Shown here piece by piece: positions 54,313 to 63,320 of a DNA stretch of 63,320 nucleotides (position 1 is its first letter; the number at the start of each line of letters is the position of its first letter). Origin of the DNA: a virus (lineage: Duplodnaviria; Caudoviricetes); IMG/VR virus record IMGVR_UViG_3300023178_000048, positions 1 through 63,320 of that record; one strand, written 5' to 3'. Below the pieces are notes generated by a model. The model did not search any database and was not told the origin of the DNA. It saw nothing but the letters and a program-made list of their open reading frames with translations. The translations under genes were made by a program, and so were the position numbers.

Positions 54313-56513
54313 TAGCGACGCCCATCTGGTTTCAGGTTAATGCGCGGCACGCCAAGTTGCCACTGGGTTCCAAGTGTGTTTGACTCGATCTTGAACGCCA
54401 TCTGACGGCCACGCACACGGATCGGTAACTGGTCAGTAAATCTCTGCACCTCGTACTGACGGGTCGTTGTGTAGTTATTAGCGCTAACCACATCCCCTGT
54501 TTCAGCCGTGCCGTAGTTACTGCCCGGATATTGGCGTGGGGTCAAGCTGACTGTTACTTGAGGCGCAGCAGTGGTAGAGCCATCAAACTTAACATCAGGA
54601 ATCATGCGCCAGCCATACTGGAACTGATACCCATCTGCTAAATCAAAATCCGCAGACGTAATATAGGCCGTCATGGCGCTACCATCGGCATCAACCCCGC
54701 TCTCATGGTTGTATAACTCACCATTGACACCAGCATAGCCAGTAGCCACCGGGTTATTACGCAATGGGGTATCGAGCCACGCGGTGCGGTCTAGATTGCC
54801 GTAGTACCAAATCTTGTCGGTGTAGTTAAACACAACATAGCGGTCAATTGTGTTTGATCCTTCAGAACAGTAAAACCACCAAATTTCGTCAAAACCTTCA
54901 TTGGTAGTGGCAAACACCTGAGAATGCTGATCCTTGTTAATGTTGTAAAACACCCACTGCCATAACGGGCAAGGCAGCGTATTTACTCGACCATCATAGT
55001 AATAGAACTTGTCTTCACCCATCCAGAAGGTCAGGTTAGAAGCAGTGGCTACGGCGTTTGGCCCGACAATAGATATGTTTGCACCAACTTGCTGAAAGCC
55101 CCACACATACGGAGCGCCGAGGTACTGCATAGAGTACACAGCGGCGTCGGTAAAGACCAAAATCTCTTGGCGCTGTGGTTTGATCGCAACAATTTCAGAC
55201 CCAGCCGAGAGCGTAAAACTACCCGCTTGGTTAGTGACAGCGGGTGTCCATGTGGCGTAATCTTCTTGATCCGACCAACGCACCAGCAACGGATTCAACG
55301 TGGTATCAAAGTAATCATTACAACCAAATGCGATAACAAAGCGCGACGAATCGCTTACATGCACTATGTTGCACTTGCTGGGGCAACTGGTATCAGTCGT
55401 CCAGTACGCCACGCCTTCTTGTGTATTAGTGTTTGTTGACGACAGAATCTGAGCGCGTGTATATGTAGCCGTGGCTGACGATGGCACCCACAAATATAGA
55501 GCGCCCCCGCGCGCATTAAATATAAGCCGCTCGCCAAAGTTAATCTGGCTCCATAAGCGTAATGGCGCAGAAACAAGCGCAATGGACGACGATTGCCCCC
55601 ATCCAGTCCAATCGCTTGTGACTTGAGTAACCGTGGCCCCAGAACTATGAGAAGCCGCCGATGTTCCAAGTGCGCCACGAGTACACGGATCAAACGTGTT
55701 GCCAGCTATGCCGGTGTAAGTAATTAACTCAGAGTCAATAATTATCGTTCCAGAACCATCAAAGTCCGCTGTGCTGGTCACCGCGATAGTGGTATCCGAA
55801 TCGTTTAAAGCACCATTTAACGTAGTAACAGTAGTGCCGGTAACCGACCCGCCCCAAGTTCCCGCGCCAAAACCGTTTAAACTTACCCCAACATCGTTAC
55901 CGCTGTTAATCTGGAAAGCGGCGGTTATAGAGGTGCCACCACCCGGAGAGTTACCGGCATCAGTTGTGTTAGCCGTAGTAGAGACCGTGATAGTGAAGTT
56001 GTTTGAATCTACGTAGGTTACTTGGTGTTCAGCATTGAGGATGACATCGGTAATACTGCCACCAAGCCCAGCAGCACCACTAAACGTAACAAAGTCGCCA
56101 GTTTGGGCATTGTGCCCCGTAATATTTACATTGATGATCGACGAGTTATTCGTGGCAGTAAAGCAGTTATCTGTATCAGGAGAGGTGAACGTAGCACGCA
56201 ACGGCGTGATGTCATACAAATATCCGTCGGTGGAATCTTGTATATAAAATTTAAGGTTTGTGCCAAGGCCGAGTAGATTGTTCCCTTTTAGGGTAATCCA
56301 GTTCCACAGCGAACGACAAACACCCCAAAACCTCCCAGTCGGCGGAGTCAGCGTAGCGTCAAGCGGGCCGCCATCTTTTGTCCAGCCACCAATCTTCTCA
56401 GGCAAACCACCACGAAAACGCACTTTATCGCACTCAAACCATGCACCTTCATTAGATAAAGTGGTGGCGTTACGTCTTACACCGGGTTGAAATTTAAGCG
56501 CTTGTAATGGCAT
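54312..56513 (-). CDS. Tail tubular/nozzle protein (P22 gp10 / T7 gp12-like)
   Basis: CDKVRFR.G.PEKIGGW, VRWSDQE, FWMG, EIWWFY, R.RGRQ, PDGRR. Confidence 0.75.
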   Translation of the reverse strand: MPLQALKFQPGVRRNATTLSNEGAWFECDKVRFRGGLPEKIGGWTKDGGPLDATLTPPTGRFWGVCRSLWNWITLKGNNLLGLGTNLKFYIQDSTDGYLYDITPLRATFTSPDTDNCFTATNNSSIINVNITGHNAQTGDFVTFSGAAGLGGSITDVILNAEHQVTYVDSNNFTITVSTTANTTDAGNSPGGGTSITAAFQINSGNDVGVSLNGFGAGTWGGSVTGTTVTTLNGALNDSDTTIAVTSTADFDGSGTIIIDSELITYTGIAGNTFDPCTRGALGTSAASHSSGATVTQVTSDWTGWGQSSSIALVSAPLRLWSQINFGERLIFNARGGALYLWVPSSATATYTRAQILSSTNTNTQEGVAYWTTDTSCPSKCNIVHVSDSSRFVIAFGCNDYFDTTLNPLLVRWSDQEDYATWTPAVTNQAGSFTLSAGSEIVAIKPQRQEILVFTDAAVYSMQYLGAPYVWGFQQVGANISIVGPNAVATASNLTFWMGEDKFYYYDGRVNTLPCPLWQWVFYNINKDQHSQVFATTNEGFDEIWWFYCSEGSNTIDRYVVFNYTDKIWYYGNLDRTAWLDTPLRNNPVATGYAGVNGELYNHESGVDADGSAMTAYITSADFDLADGYQFQYGWRMIPDVKFDGSTTAAPQVTVSLTPRQYPGSNYGTAETGDVVSANNYTTTRQYEVQRFTDQLPIRVRGRQMAFKIESNTLGTQWQLGVPRINLKPDGRR

Positions 56514-56696
56514 TTAAGATCCCCGAACACGCACATCAGAGTAGCACGCAGCTACAAACGGCGTCGATTTGTCAAGGTTAATTTCTCTTACCAATTCCAT
56601 ACATTTCTTTTCGTCAGGCACTTCCAACTTATGCGCCACCTGCAATGAATTCCCCGGGCCAGCCACGAAGATAAGCACTGCAATGATGGTGTTCAT
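56514..56696 (-). CDS. Small protein with hydrophobic N-terminus
   Basis: Coupled to the endolysin; two Cys. Confidence 0.5.
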   Translation of the reverse strand: MNTIIAVLIFVAGPGNSLQVAHKLEVPDEKKCMELVREINLDKSTPFVAACYSDVRVRGS

Positions 56697-57148
56697 TACA
56701 TAAGCTCAAAGTGTGGCCCGTCAATAAACGGGCGTTTGCCTTGCGACCTACGCAGGTCGATGTATGTGGTCATGGCGTCTTCCATCTTGCCCTGCCACGT
56801 GCCAATATCGTCAATGTGCCAAGCGCCGCCCCAGCGGACAGTAACCCCGTGCTCTTTGGCAGCAGCAGCCATAGCGTCGGCTATGTCGTCATAAAGATTT
56901 AATTCCCACGACACCCGGCCCGATATATAGGCTACTAAGTCCACAGCCAAGCCGTCGATATGCTTGGATTTCATGGTTTTGCTAGCGCCGCGAGCGACGA
57001 GTTCCATCTGACGGGGCACCGAGCGCAGACCTTCGGACACACCGAAATCTACCTTAGTCAATTGGATAGCACGTTTAACGACCACGACGAGGCTATCTTC
57101 TACCCCCTCAAGCCGTTCTAAGCTGCGCTGCGATAGCTCAAAGCTCAT
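56696..57148 (-). CDS. Endolysin, M15 family peptidase
   Basis: EGLRS..RQ, SKH..G.AVD, RWGG.W, D.PHFEL. Confidence 0.9.
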   Translation of the reverse strand: MSFELSQRSLERLEGVEDSLVVVVKRAIQLTKVDFGVSEGLRSVPRQMELVARGASKTMKSKHIDGLAVDLVAYISGRVSWELNLYDDIADAMAAAAKEHGVTVRWGGAWHIDDIGTWQGKMEDAMTTYIDLRRSQGKRPFIDGPHFELM

Positions 57149-57540
57149 TTGGTCAACCCCTTTTGCTTTTCATAGGTACGGAGACCCCCCAAACCAAGCA
57201 TGCCTAACAACACCGTCATGAGGCTGTCCATGTCGAACGCAGGCAGTGCTGGGAGTGTAACTCCGAAGTACGCAGTTGTAAAGATTACGAGTGGTTGTAA
57301 CACAAAGTGCCACGCTAGGGCAACCCCGCATGTCCACCCCACAAAAGGACGCCACCCAGATACAAAAACCGACCGGTGGGACGCCTCTGCCTTATTGACC
57401 TCAAGCTGCCCCACTGCCAGCTCTTGGGCGTGCTTTTCCGACATTGTGGCGATCTCATGCGCCAGCTTTGCCTTTTGGTCTTTGTCCTCGATAAACTTGT
57501 CCAGCAAACCCGTCACCGGGCCAATCAGAGCACTAAGCAT
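57145..57540 (-). CDS. Holin (3TM / GTA-release type)
   Basis: LIGPVTGLLDKFIEDKD, GWRPFVGW, GMLGLGG.RTYEK; GGAGG RBS before ATG 57540. Confidence 0.85.
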   Translation of the reverse strand: MLSALIGPVTGLLDKFIEDKDQKAKLAHEIATMSEKHAQELAVGQLEVNKAEASHRSVFVSGWRPFVGWTCGVALAWHFVLQPLVIFTTAYFGVTLPALPAFDMDSLMTVLLGMLGLGGLRTYEKQKGLTK

Positions 57541-57751
57541 CTTTGCCTCCCTGCATCTTCGGGCCGCTGTTGACATACAAGCCAAACCACGCCGCGCCAG
57601 CGCCCACAATCACAGACACAAACCCGGCTTGGGCATTGGTCGGATCGGGCAGCTCCATGAACCACGTACAGGTCTTATAGAAGACCAACATGTAACTCAA
57701 AATTAGTAACCTCGGTACGATGCGCCAAGCGTCTAGATCTTTAGCCGTCAT
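57533..57751 (-). CDS. Two-TM membrane protein in the lysis cassette
   Basis: LDAWRIVPRLL...WFM.L..PT..Q..FVSVIVGA. Confidence 0.7.
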   Translation of the reverse strand: MTAKDLDAWRIVPRLLILSYMLVFYKTCTWFMELPDPTNAQAGFVSVIVGAGAAWFGLYVNSGPKMQGGKDA

Positions 57752-58230
57752 ACTTTCCCCACCATCTCAAAGAATATCATCACCAGCCAAGCCAAAGCGG
57801 CTAATAGCGCAGCAATAAGCCCGGTGTAGAAAACAGCAAGAAAAAACTCCTGCCGCTTATGCTTCTGTAGTAACTCAACCCGCTTGCGCTCCATCGCAAT
57901 CTTTTCCCGCTGGCGCATCATCTCAAGGTACGTCTCTTGCCCATAGCGCAGAATGATCATGCTGCGGAGCTCGCGCTCCATCTCGCCCAGCTTCTGCCGC
58001 TGCACCACAAGCTGTAGTGCCTCTTCTTCCACCGATCCAGCAGATAGCAGCTTCTTAAATATCGGTGGGTTTTTGGCTTTTTCTTCTGCCTTGGCTATGT
58101 CGGCCTTAGCCCCACAAAACTTACCAATATAGAGCGCGACATCCTCAATCTCACGCCCAACTTCCACCGCCTTTTTGATGGTGTTAAACGCCGTCGTGGC
58201 GACGGTAAAGGCGGTGATTGGGTCGATCAT
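57748..58230 (-). CDS. Membrane-anchored coiled-coil protein
   Basis: MIDPITAF N-terminus; C-terminal TM helix. Confidence 0.7.
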   Translation of the reverse strand: MIDPITAFTVATTAFNTIKKAVEVGREIEDVALYIGKFCGAKADIAKAEEKAKNPPIFKKLLSAGSVEEEALQLVVQRQKLGEMERELRSMIILRYGQETYLEMMRQREKIAMERKRVELLQKHKRQEFFLAVFYTGLIAALLAALAWLVMIFFEMVGKV

Positions 58231-59160
58231 CTACGCAACACTTCCAAGAATAGTGCCGTTGTTGGTGAGAGAAACTGATGTACCTGAAATAGCTGCACCG
58301 CCGGAGCCGCCTGAACCACCACCGCCTGCTCCACCCGATTGGCCATACCCACCACCGCCGCCCGCAGCTCCAGCATTGCGGGCGCCAGAACTCCCCGGGC
58401 TTTGCCAAAGATAGTAACCATAAGCGCCGCCGTTTTGGTCTTGACCACCGCCGTAGCCACCAGGGTTATCTGCTCCCTCCCCACTTGGGTATAGTGCATT
58501 AACACCATTGGTATTTGTTATTATGCGACCGCCACCGCCGCCACCCGAGCCGCTATCGGTACCGCTGTTTTCTTGTCTGCCAGCGCCTGAACCGCCGTTT
58601 GGCCCACCCTTGCCCCTAGTATTGTTAGAGTCACCTGACGCATCGGAACCCGCAGAACCCGGCGAACCACCAGCGCCACCCGTGTATGAAGCGTCTCCAC
58701 CCTTACCACCACCAGCACCGCCACCGCCACCGGACACACCCTCACCGCCACCTCCGCCACCGCCTCCACCCCCGCCGCCAATAAACGCGCCAGAGCCATT
58801 GATCAGCACGATATTTGGTGCAGCGTTAGAGATGGCGGGGCCGCCGTTGCCGCCAGCAGTGTAGTCATCACCACCGTTGCCACCACGCCCAAGTATGTAG
58901 CCGTTGTTGGTGATGGTGACCAACCCCCGCATGGTGTCAGGCAACGTCAATGCAGCCGTCGAGGTGCTATCCGACCAAATGTAGACGCCCGGGTCAATAG
59001 TCAGCTCGACCGGCTGCCAAGGCATCCAGTAGAGGTCGCGCAGGTAGTCGTACAAGTTAACCTCTTTTTGGTTTGACGTGATGGTGTGCCTAAAGAGACC
59101 ACCGCCGCCAAACCCGAACCCTTTAGCGGACGTGCCGCCGAGACGCACAATAAAAGGCAT
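58231..59160 (-). CDS. Glycine-rich receptor-binding adhesin, T-even gp38-like
   Basis: NNGYILGRGGNGG, GAFIGGGGGGGG, repeated Gly runs, C-terminal NGTILGSVA. Confidence 0.7.
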   Translation of the reverse strand: MPFIVRLGGTSAKGFGFGGGGLFRHTITSNQKEVNLYDYLRDLYWMPWQPVELTIDPGVYIWSDSTSTAALTLPDTMRGLVTITNNGYILGRGGNGGDDYTAGGNGGPAISNAAPNIVLINGSGAFIGGGGGGGGGGGGEGVSGGGGGAGGGKGGDASYTGGAGGSPGSAGSDASGDSNNTRGKGGPNGGSGAGRQENSGTDSGSGGGGGGRIITNTNGVNALYPSGEGADNPGGYGGGQDQNGGAYGYYLWQSPGSSGARNAGAAGGGGGYGQSGGAGGGGSGGSGGAAISGTSVSLTNNGTILGSVA

Positions 59161-59169
59161 GGCCCACCC

Positions 59170-60300
59170 CTACGAGTAGTTAATCAGGCTAGCAAGAACT
59201 GTATACGTCGCCGAGTCCGTTTTAACAATCGTATACGTGTACACATCAATGCCATTGGTAAAGCCCTCGGTGGGTGCTACCCCGCCCTGCCATTTTGGCG
59301 TGACGGTCGTGCCATCAATTTGAAATGTCGCGCCCCAGTACTCGTCCGCGCCGATGGTCGCCATAAAGACCACGGTCATACTCTCGCCGTTGGCCATGAT
59401 GCTATCTAAAGTATTTGAACCATCACCACGAATGTTCAGCGTCCAGTCATCAGAAGCGTCTGTGGTGTAGTACACGATGGCCTGAGTAAGCGCGTCAAAA
59501 TTGATGGTGCCCGTGGCTGCGGTCTCCGACACCGTAATCTTTTCCAGACCTTGCTGCACCTTGACGGTATTTTCAAAAATCTGCTTGGCAGAAAAGGTGT
59601 TTGTGGCAGAAAATGTCTGCTCGGTACCCAGCACAGCCAGCGTATCGTCCACCGTGTCGGGGGCGGTTAGGGTGAAGTTGCCGTCAGTAATTGTGTCCGG
59701 TGCTTTGATGGCTACGTAGTAATCATTTTCCGAGTCGTCGTCTTCATACAGCTTAATTTGCGCTCCGGCACCCGACGTGCCAGCCACGTCCATCTGCGTA
59801 ATGCCGTCGATAGTACCGCCAGAAATAGCACTGCTGGTAAGAGTTGCCGCCGTAGCGGTAAGCGTTGCTACATCAAGCGTAGGGATGTGGGTAATTTGGG
59901 ATACAACATTAGTACCATCGACATAAACAACAGCCGACTTGCCATTTGGAATTGTGACGCCAGAGCCACCACTCGTCTTAACAATAATGCTTTGACCGCC
60001 CGTAGTGTTGTTCTGCACCACATAAGGCTTCTCAATGGTCGGCACCTCCAAGTTACGAGTGTCGTTAAGCTCAACAGAAGTTACATTAAGCACTAAACAA
60101 CGCGCTGCCTGTGTTGCGTTTGAATTTGATAGCGTAAGCGTTAGATCGGCATCCGAAAGAAACGTCACTGCGCCATATCCGACAATCGCTTCTTCTAGCG
60201 CTGTACCAAGGTTTGTGTTGGTAGTTTGGCCCCAAGTACCGGCTTGTTCACCATCGGCTATAAGCTCAATCTTGAGGTTAGTTGAATAATCTGATGCCAT
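59170..60300 (-). CDS. Tail fibre/structural protein
   Basis: GEQAGTWGQTTNTNL, EKPYVVQNNT, PKWQGG.AP. Confidence 0.7.
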   Translation of the reverse strand: MASDYSTNLKIELIADGEQAGTWGQTTNTNLGTALEEAIVGYGAVTFLSDADLTLTLSNSNATQAARCLVLNVTSVELNDTRNLEVPTIEKPYVVQNNTTGGQSIIVKTSGGSGVTIPNGKSAVVYVDGTNVVSQITHIPTLDVATLTATAATLTSSAISGGTIDGITQMDVAGTSGAGAQIKLYEDDDSENDYYVAIKAPDTITDGNFTLTAPDTVDDTLAVLGTEQTFSATNTFSAKQIFENTVKVQQGLEKITVSETAATGTINFDALTQAIVYYTTDASDDWTLNIRGDGSNTLDSIMANGESMTVVFMATIGADEYWGATFQIDGTTVTPKWQGGVAPTEGFTNGIDVYTYTIVKTDSATYTVLASLINYS

Positions 60301-60312
60301 TTTTTACCCCGT

Positions 60313-61410
60313 TTAGGTAGGAATTTCTTCCCATTCAGTAGTTTCTGCTGTTACTACAGGTGTCCAACCATCTGCGGCTCCCGTACTAACACTTGCCCAA
60401 TCCCCAACGGCACCTGTGTCTATGATGCCCCAGACGTTAGTGTAGCTAGTAAGACCAATTCCGTACACCCCTGTCGGGAACACATTTGCCGTGCCAGTAA
60501 CCCCAACAGTGCCTGTACGTCCGGTAGCCTTAAGCCCAGTAACTACCGCTGTTATATCAATTTTGACAGTGGCTGTACCAAGTTCTGCGGTTCCAGCGAC
60601 CCCAGTTACAAGTACATTGGCATCCGCTGTTACGGTTACGTTGGCTAGAACACCAGTAGCAGACAACCCGGACGGGTAAACATTTGCGTCACCTTTTGCA
60701 ACTACCGTCCCTAGCTCCGCCGTAGCCTCTACCCCAGACGGTACTACATTAGCAGTACCTGTTACTGTTACGGTACCTACACCACCGGTAGCGGCCAGCC
60801 CAGATGGGTATACGTTTGCATCAGCTTTAACCGTTACAGAGCCTACGCTACCAGTAGCAGATAGCCCAGACGGATAGACATTTGCGTCACCTTTTGCGGT
60901 TACTGTGCCTAACTCTGCCGTAGCCTGCGCCCCGGACAATACTACGTTAGCGGTTCCAGTTACTATTACCGTGCCTACGCCACCGGTAGCAGACAGCCCA
61001 GATGGGTATACGTTTGCATCAGCTTTAACCGTTACAGAGCCTAGCGCGGTTGTGCCACTTACCCCAGTTACAGTTAGGTTGGCATCCCCACTGACAACCG
61101 GTGACCCGACACCCCCAGTAGCAGACACCCCAGTCGGGTATATATTGGCAGTACCTGTTACAGAAACTACACCCAACCCGCTGGTAGCAGCTACACCAGT
61201 GGGCGATACATTTGCGTCAGCTATTACTACAACAGTACCTACGCCCCCGGTAGACGAGACCCCAGAGACAGACAGTATTTGATCCGTTGTAATAGATACG
61301 GTGCCTACAGCACCCGTAGCAGCAACCCCCGTTACTACTGCGACAGCAGCAGCAGATTCTTCGCCTACATCAGCGAAGGGGGCTACAGCAAAGGGTGAGG
61401 TACCGAACAC
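60313..61410 (-). CDS. Virion protein built from 22-aa tandem repeats
   Basis: ANVYPSGLSATGGVGTV.V.. units; 50-nt identical repeat 60796-60845 / 60994-61043. Confidence 0.75.
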   Translation of the reverse strand: MFGTSPFAVAPFADVGEESAAAVAVVTGVAATGAVGTVSITTDQILSVSGVSSTGGVGTVVVIADANVSPTGVAATSGLGVVSVTGTANIYPTGVSATGGVGSPVVSGDANLTVTGVSGTTALGSVTVKADANVYPSGLSATGGVGTVIVTGTANVVLSGAQATAELGTVTAKGDANVYPSGLSATGSVGSVTVKADANVYPSGLAATGGVGTVTVTGTANVVPSGVEATAELGTVVAKGDANVYPSGLSATGVLANVTVTADANVLVTGVAGTAELGTATVKIDITAVVTGLKATGRTGTVGVTGTANVFPTGVYGIGLTSYTNVWGIIDTGAVGDWASVSTGAADGWTPVVTAETTEWEEIPT

Positions 61411-61417
61411 GTTCTAT

Positions 61418-62095
61418 CTACGCTATCGCCGTAATTGTTAAAACAGGCACCGCAAGGTTGTAAGGTGCTGAAGCGCCTCCACCGTCTCTCCACACGTTTT
61501 GGTGCAAGGCTTGTTGATAAGAAGACCCGTCATATTCACGAGCTTGGAGCTTCAAAGTTTTAGCCGACGTCCAAGAGGTGAACTTACCGTAAGTCGGGCT
61601 GCTTGATGCGGCGTTGCACTGAATCATCCACTCAAACACTTCTGGTGCGTTGTGCTGGGCGGAGGATACATACTCGCCCGGAGCAATAGACCGATACGCA
61701 GGGATGACTTCATCAGTGTCAATATAAAAACGATAGTGACTGATACCCGAATAACCAGTGCAGTCAATCTGCCAAATGAATTTGTACACCACGGTGGTTG
61801 TGCCACTCGGCGGGGTGTATGTCATTTCGCTGCCCGTGACATCTTGGTAACTTGTGGTCAGTTGAAGTACGGCAGTTACGTTTGGAAACGTGTATGTGCC
61901 TGACCCCACAGTCACACTACGCCCATCGCATACACCAGCCAACACCTCAATGATTTGTCCCGGCGAGTACGGCTGCTCAAACGCTCCAGCATCGGCGGCA
62001 ACTATCTTATGACCCGTGGGTAACGCAATCTCGCCAGTGCCTGACTCGGCTTGCAGACTGTTGGTTTCAATCGCGTTTGCTGTTAACGTACTCAT
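61418..62095 (-). CDS. Tail fibre-like protein
   Basis: PGQIIEVL, YQDVTGS...YTPPSGT; context. Confidence 0.6.
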   Translation of the reverse strand: MSTLTANAIETNSLQAESGTGEIALPTGHKIVAADAGAFEQPYSPGQIIEVLAGVCDGRSVTVGSGTYTFPNVTAVLQLTTSYQDVTGSEMTYTPPSGTTTVVYKFIWQIDCTGYSGISHYRFYIDTDEVIPAYRSIAPGEYVSSAQHNAPEVFEWMIQCNAASSSPTYGKFTSWTSAKTLKLQAREYDGSSYQQALHQNVWRDGGGASAPYNLAVPVLTITAIA

Positions 62096-62349
62096 GGCTT
62101 GGGGTACTCCTGTTTAACCGCAGCAATGGTTGCCTTCCAAGCGTCAATACCCTCGTGGTAGATTTGGTCTAGCTGGTCTTGGATGGACGGGTAGGCGCGA
62201 GAGCGTTGCTCTTTGTAGGCTTCAGCATCAGCCCACGATTGCAGCGCCGCCATATCCATGTCAACGACCTCGCCGTTGGCATCGTAGGCAGTTGACCCGT
62301 TGATGGTGACCACGCTCGGGTACAGGGCGGTAATGGCGTTCAAATTCAT
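62092..62349 (-). CDS. Small tail fibre chaperone-like protein
   Basis: AITALYP...Y...R..AYPSIQDQLD..YH...W...I.AVK..YPKP; GGAGG RBS before ATG 62349. Confidence 0.7.
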   Translation of the reverse strand: MNLNAITALYPSVVTINGSTAYDANGEVVDMDMAALQSWADAEAYKEQRSRAYPSIQDQLDQIYHEGIDAWKATIAAVKQEYPKP

Positions 62350-62987
62350 GCCACCACCTCCATTGCGGTAATCGTATTCGCGGTATACCCTGAATACGAA
62401 AGGTCGGTCTCTGAATATGGGCGTCCGACGCCAACCCAATAGCCTGACGAGTACGGTACCGCCAGCTGAATCTTATAAGTCACCGCACTGGTGGTCGCCG
62501 GTGAGTCCAAATATACCGGGGATACCGCTTGTATATCGTAAGTGGTGTTAAACGAGGTGCTCGCGTACCCGTGCCACGTTGACCGAGTCCTGTTGCTACC
62601 TACTTGGTCGCCAATCAAAAGCACCGTGTCAGCCCCTCCACCGATAGAACGCGCAAGGCGCATATCTACGTGCCCCGAATAACCAATAGTGAGGTAAGGC
62701 GTCAGTAAAATCTTGTTGCTGCTTGTTGACGGCGTGATGGTGACACTGAGTCCAGTCACATCAACAAAACTTTGAGACTGCGTGGCAAAGACGTCGGTCT
62801 TTACTGTCTGCACCACCTGCAAAATAGTTCCGTTAGGCATTTGACTGCTACTGATGTTTGCCGCCGTAGACATCAGCGTCCCGCCCTCATCAGGCAGCGT
62901 CAGCGTCCTGTCGGTGTTCGTGGCGGGCGAGGCAATCGTAAAAAGTGCCGTACCGCTTGCGTTGGGGGACAGTGCAATCTTACTCAT
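62346..62987 (-). CDS. Tail fibre-like protein
   Basis: RTLTLPD, ILQVVQ, GLSVTITPS.SSNKIL, LDSPATTSAVTYK, ITAMEV. Confidence 0.7.
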   Translation of the reverse strand: MSKIALSPNASGTALFTIASPATNTDRTLTLPDEGGTLMSTAANISSSQMPNGTILQVVQTVKTDVFATQSQSFVDVTGLSVTITPSTSSNKILLTPYLTIGYSGHVDMRLARSIGGGADTVLLIGDQVGSNRTRSTWHGYASTSFNTTYDIQAVSPVYLDSPATTSAVTYKIQLAVPYSSGYWVGVGRPYSETDLSYSGYTANTITAMEVVA

Positions 62988-63320
62988 GGTTTTGGATACT
63001 TTGCTTTAACAGCCAAACAATCAGCTATATATTTATCAACCTGCGCTTGGTCGCCTTTGACAATACCATCAAGGTAATCATCAGGTGGAGGATATTCGTT
63101 AACCCTGTTTCTTTCCCACGGCTCTAATGGGTCAACCCACTCTTCTACTTCTTCCACAACAGGAGCAGGAATGTCTTCAAACACCCACCCGTTGTCCCAC
63201 TTAGCCCTCTGACCATCAGGAACCGCAGGGGCTTCTGTATCAACAGTACCTGCTGGCATCAAGTAAACCCCCGGCTCTTTAGGAGATTCATCAGCCGTGG
63301 TCGTTCCTACACAATAACCA
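62984..63320 (-). CDS. 3' part of the junction-spanning tail fibre assembly-like protein
   Basis: Continues 164..1; ends R..EYPP..DYLDG.VK...AVKAKYPKP. Confidence 0.75.
   Translation of the reverse strand, partial: GYCVGTTTADESPKEPGVYLMPAGTVDTEAPAVPDGQRAKWDNGWVFEDIPAPVVEEVEEWVDPLEPWERNRVNEYPPPDDYLDGIVKGDQAQVDKYIADCLAVKAKYPKP
63186..63320. repeat. Terminal direct repeat, copy 2
   Basis: Matches 1-135. Confidence 0.95.

Noticed and set aside
1-63320. tRNA/rRNA genes, integrase, phage RNA polymerase, genetic-code reassignment
   Set aside because: None recognised; genes are intact in the standard code with all three stop codons used; tRNAscan-SE not run

Overview
The window is an apparently complete, circular-assembled (135-bp terminal overlap) ~63.2-kb dsDNA tailed-phage genome with podovirus-like architecture. 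It has a portal, a Mu gpT-like capsid protein, tail-tube/nozzle-type proteins and large ejection proteins, and no tape measure. There are two arms. A minus-strand late arm runs 17704->1 and wraps 63320->42002 (terminase, portal, GroES-like, scaffold, capsid, tail, lysis, ejection proteins). A plus-strand early/replication arm runs 18213->42012 (small early genes, AAA ATPase + VWA/metallopeptidase, PolA, Cas4-like nuclease, SNF2 helicase, SSB-like, primase-helicase). No integrase, tRNA, rRNA or CRISPR array was seen. The most striking unexplained signal is a 16-bp palindrome, GTCAG-N6-CTGAC. I found it by eye 13 times perfectly (about 0.06 expected by chance), all between 20.4 and 35.8 kb and 9 of them inside coding sequence. 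It is also built into a triplicated terminator/operator/promoter module that drives two paralogous unknown early proteins, next to an origin-like TGTTCC-repeat region. Two candidate structured RNAs and several small unlisted ORFs were also found. All family assignments come from motif recognition, not database searches.
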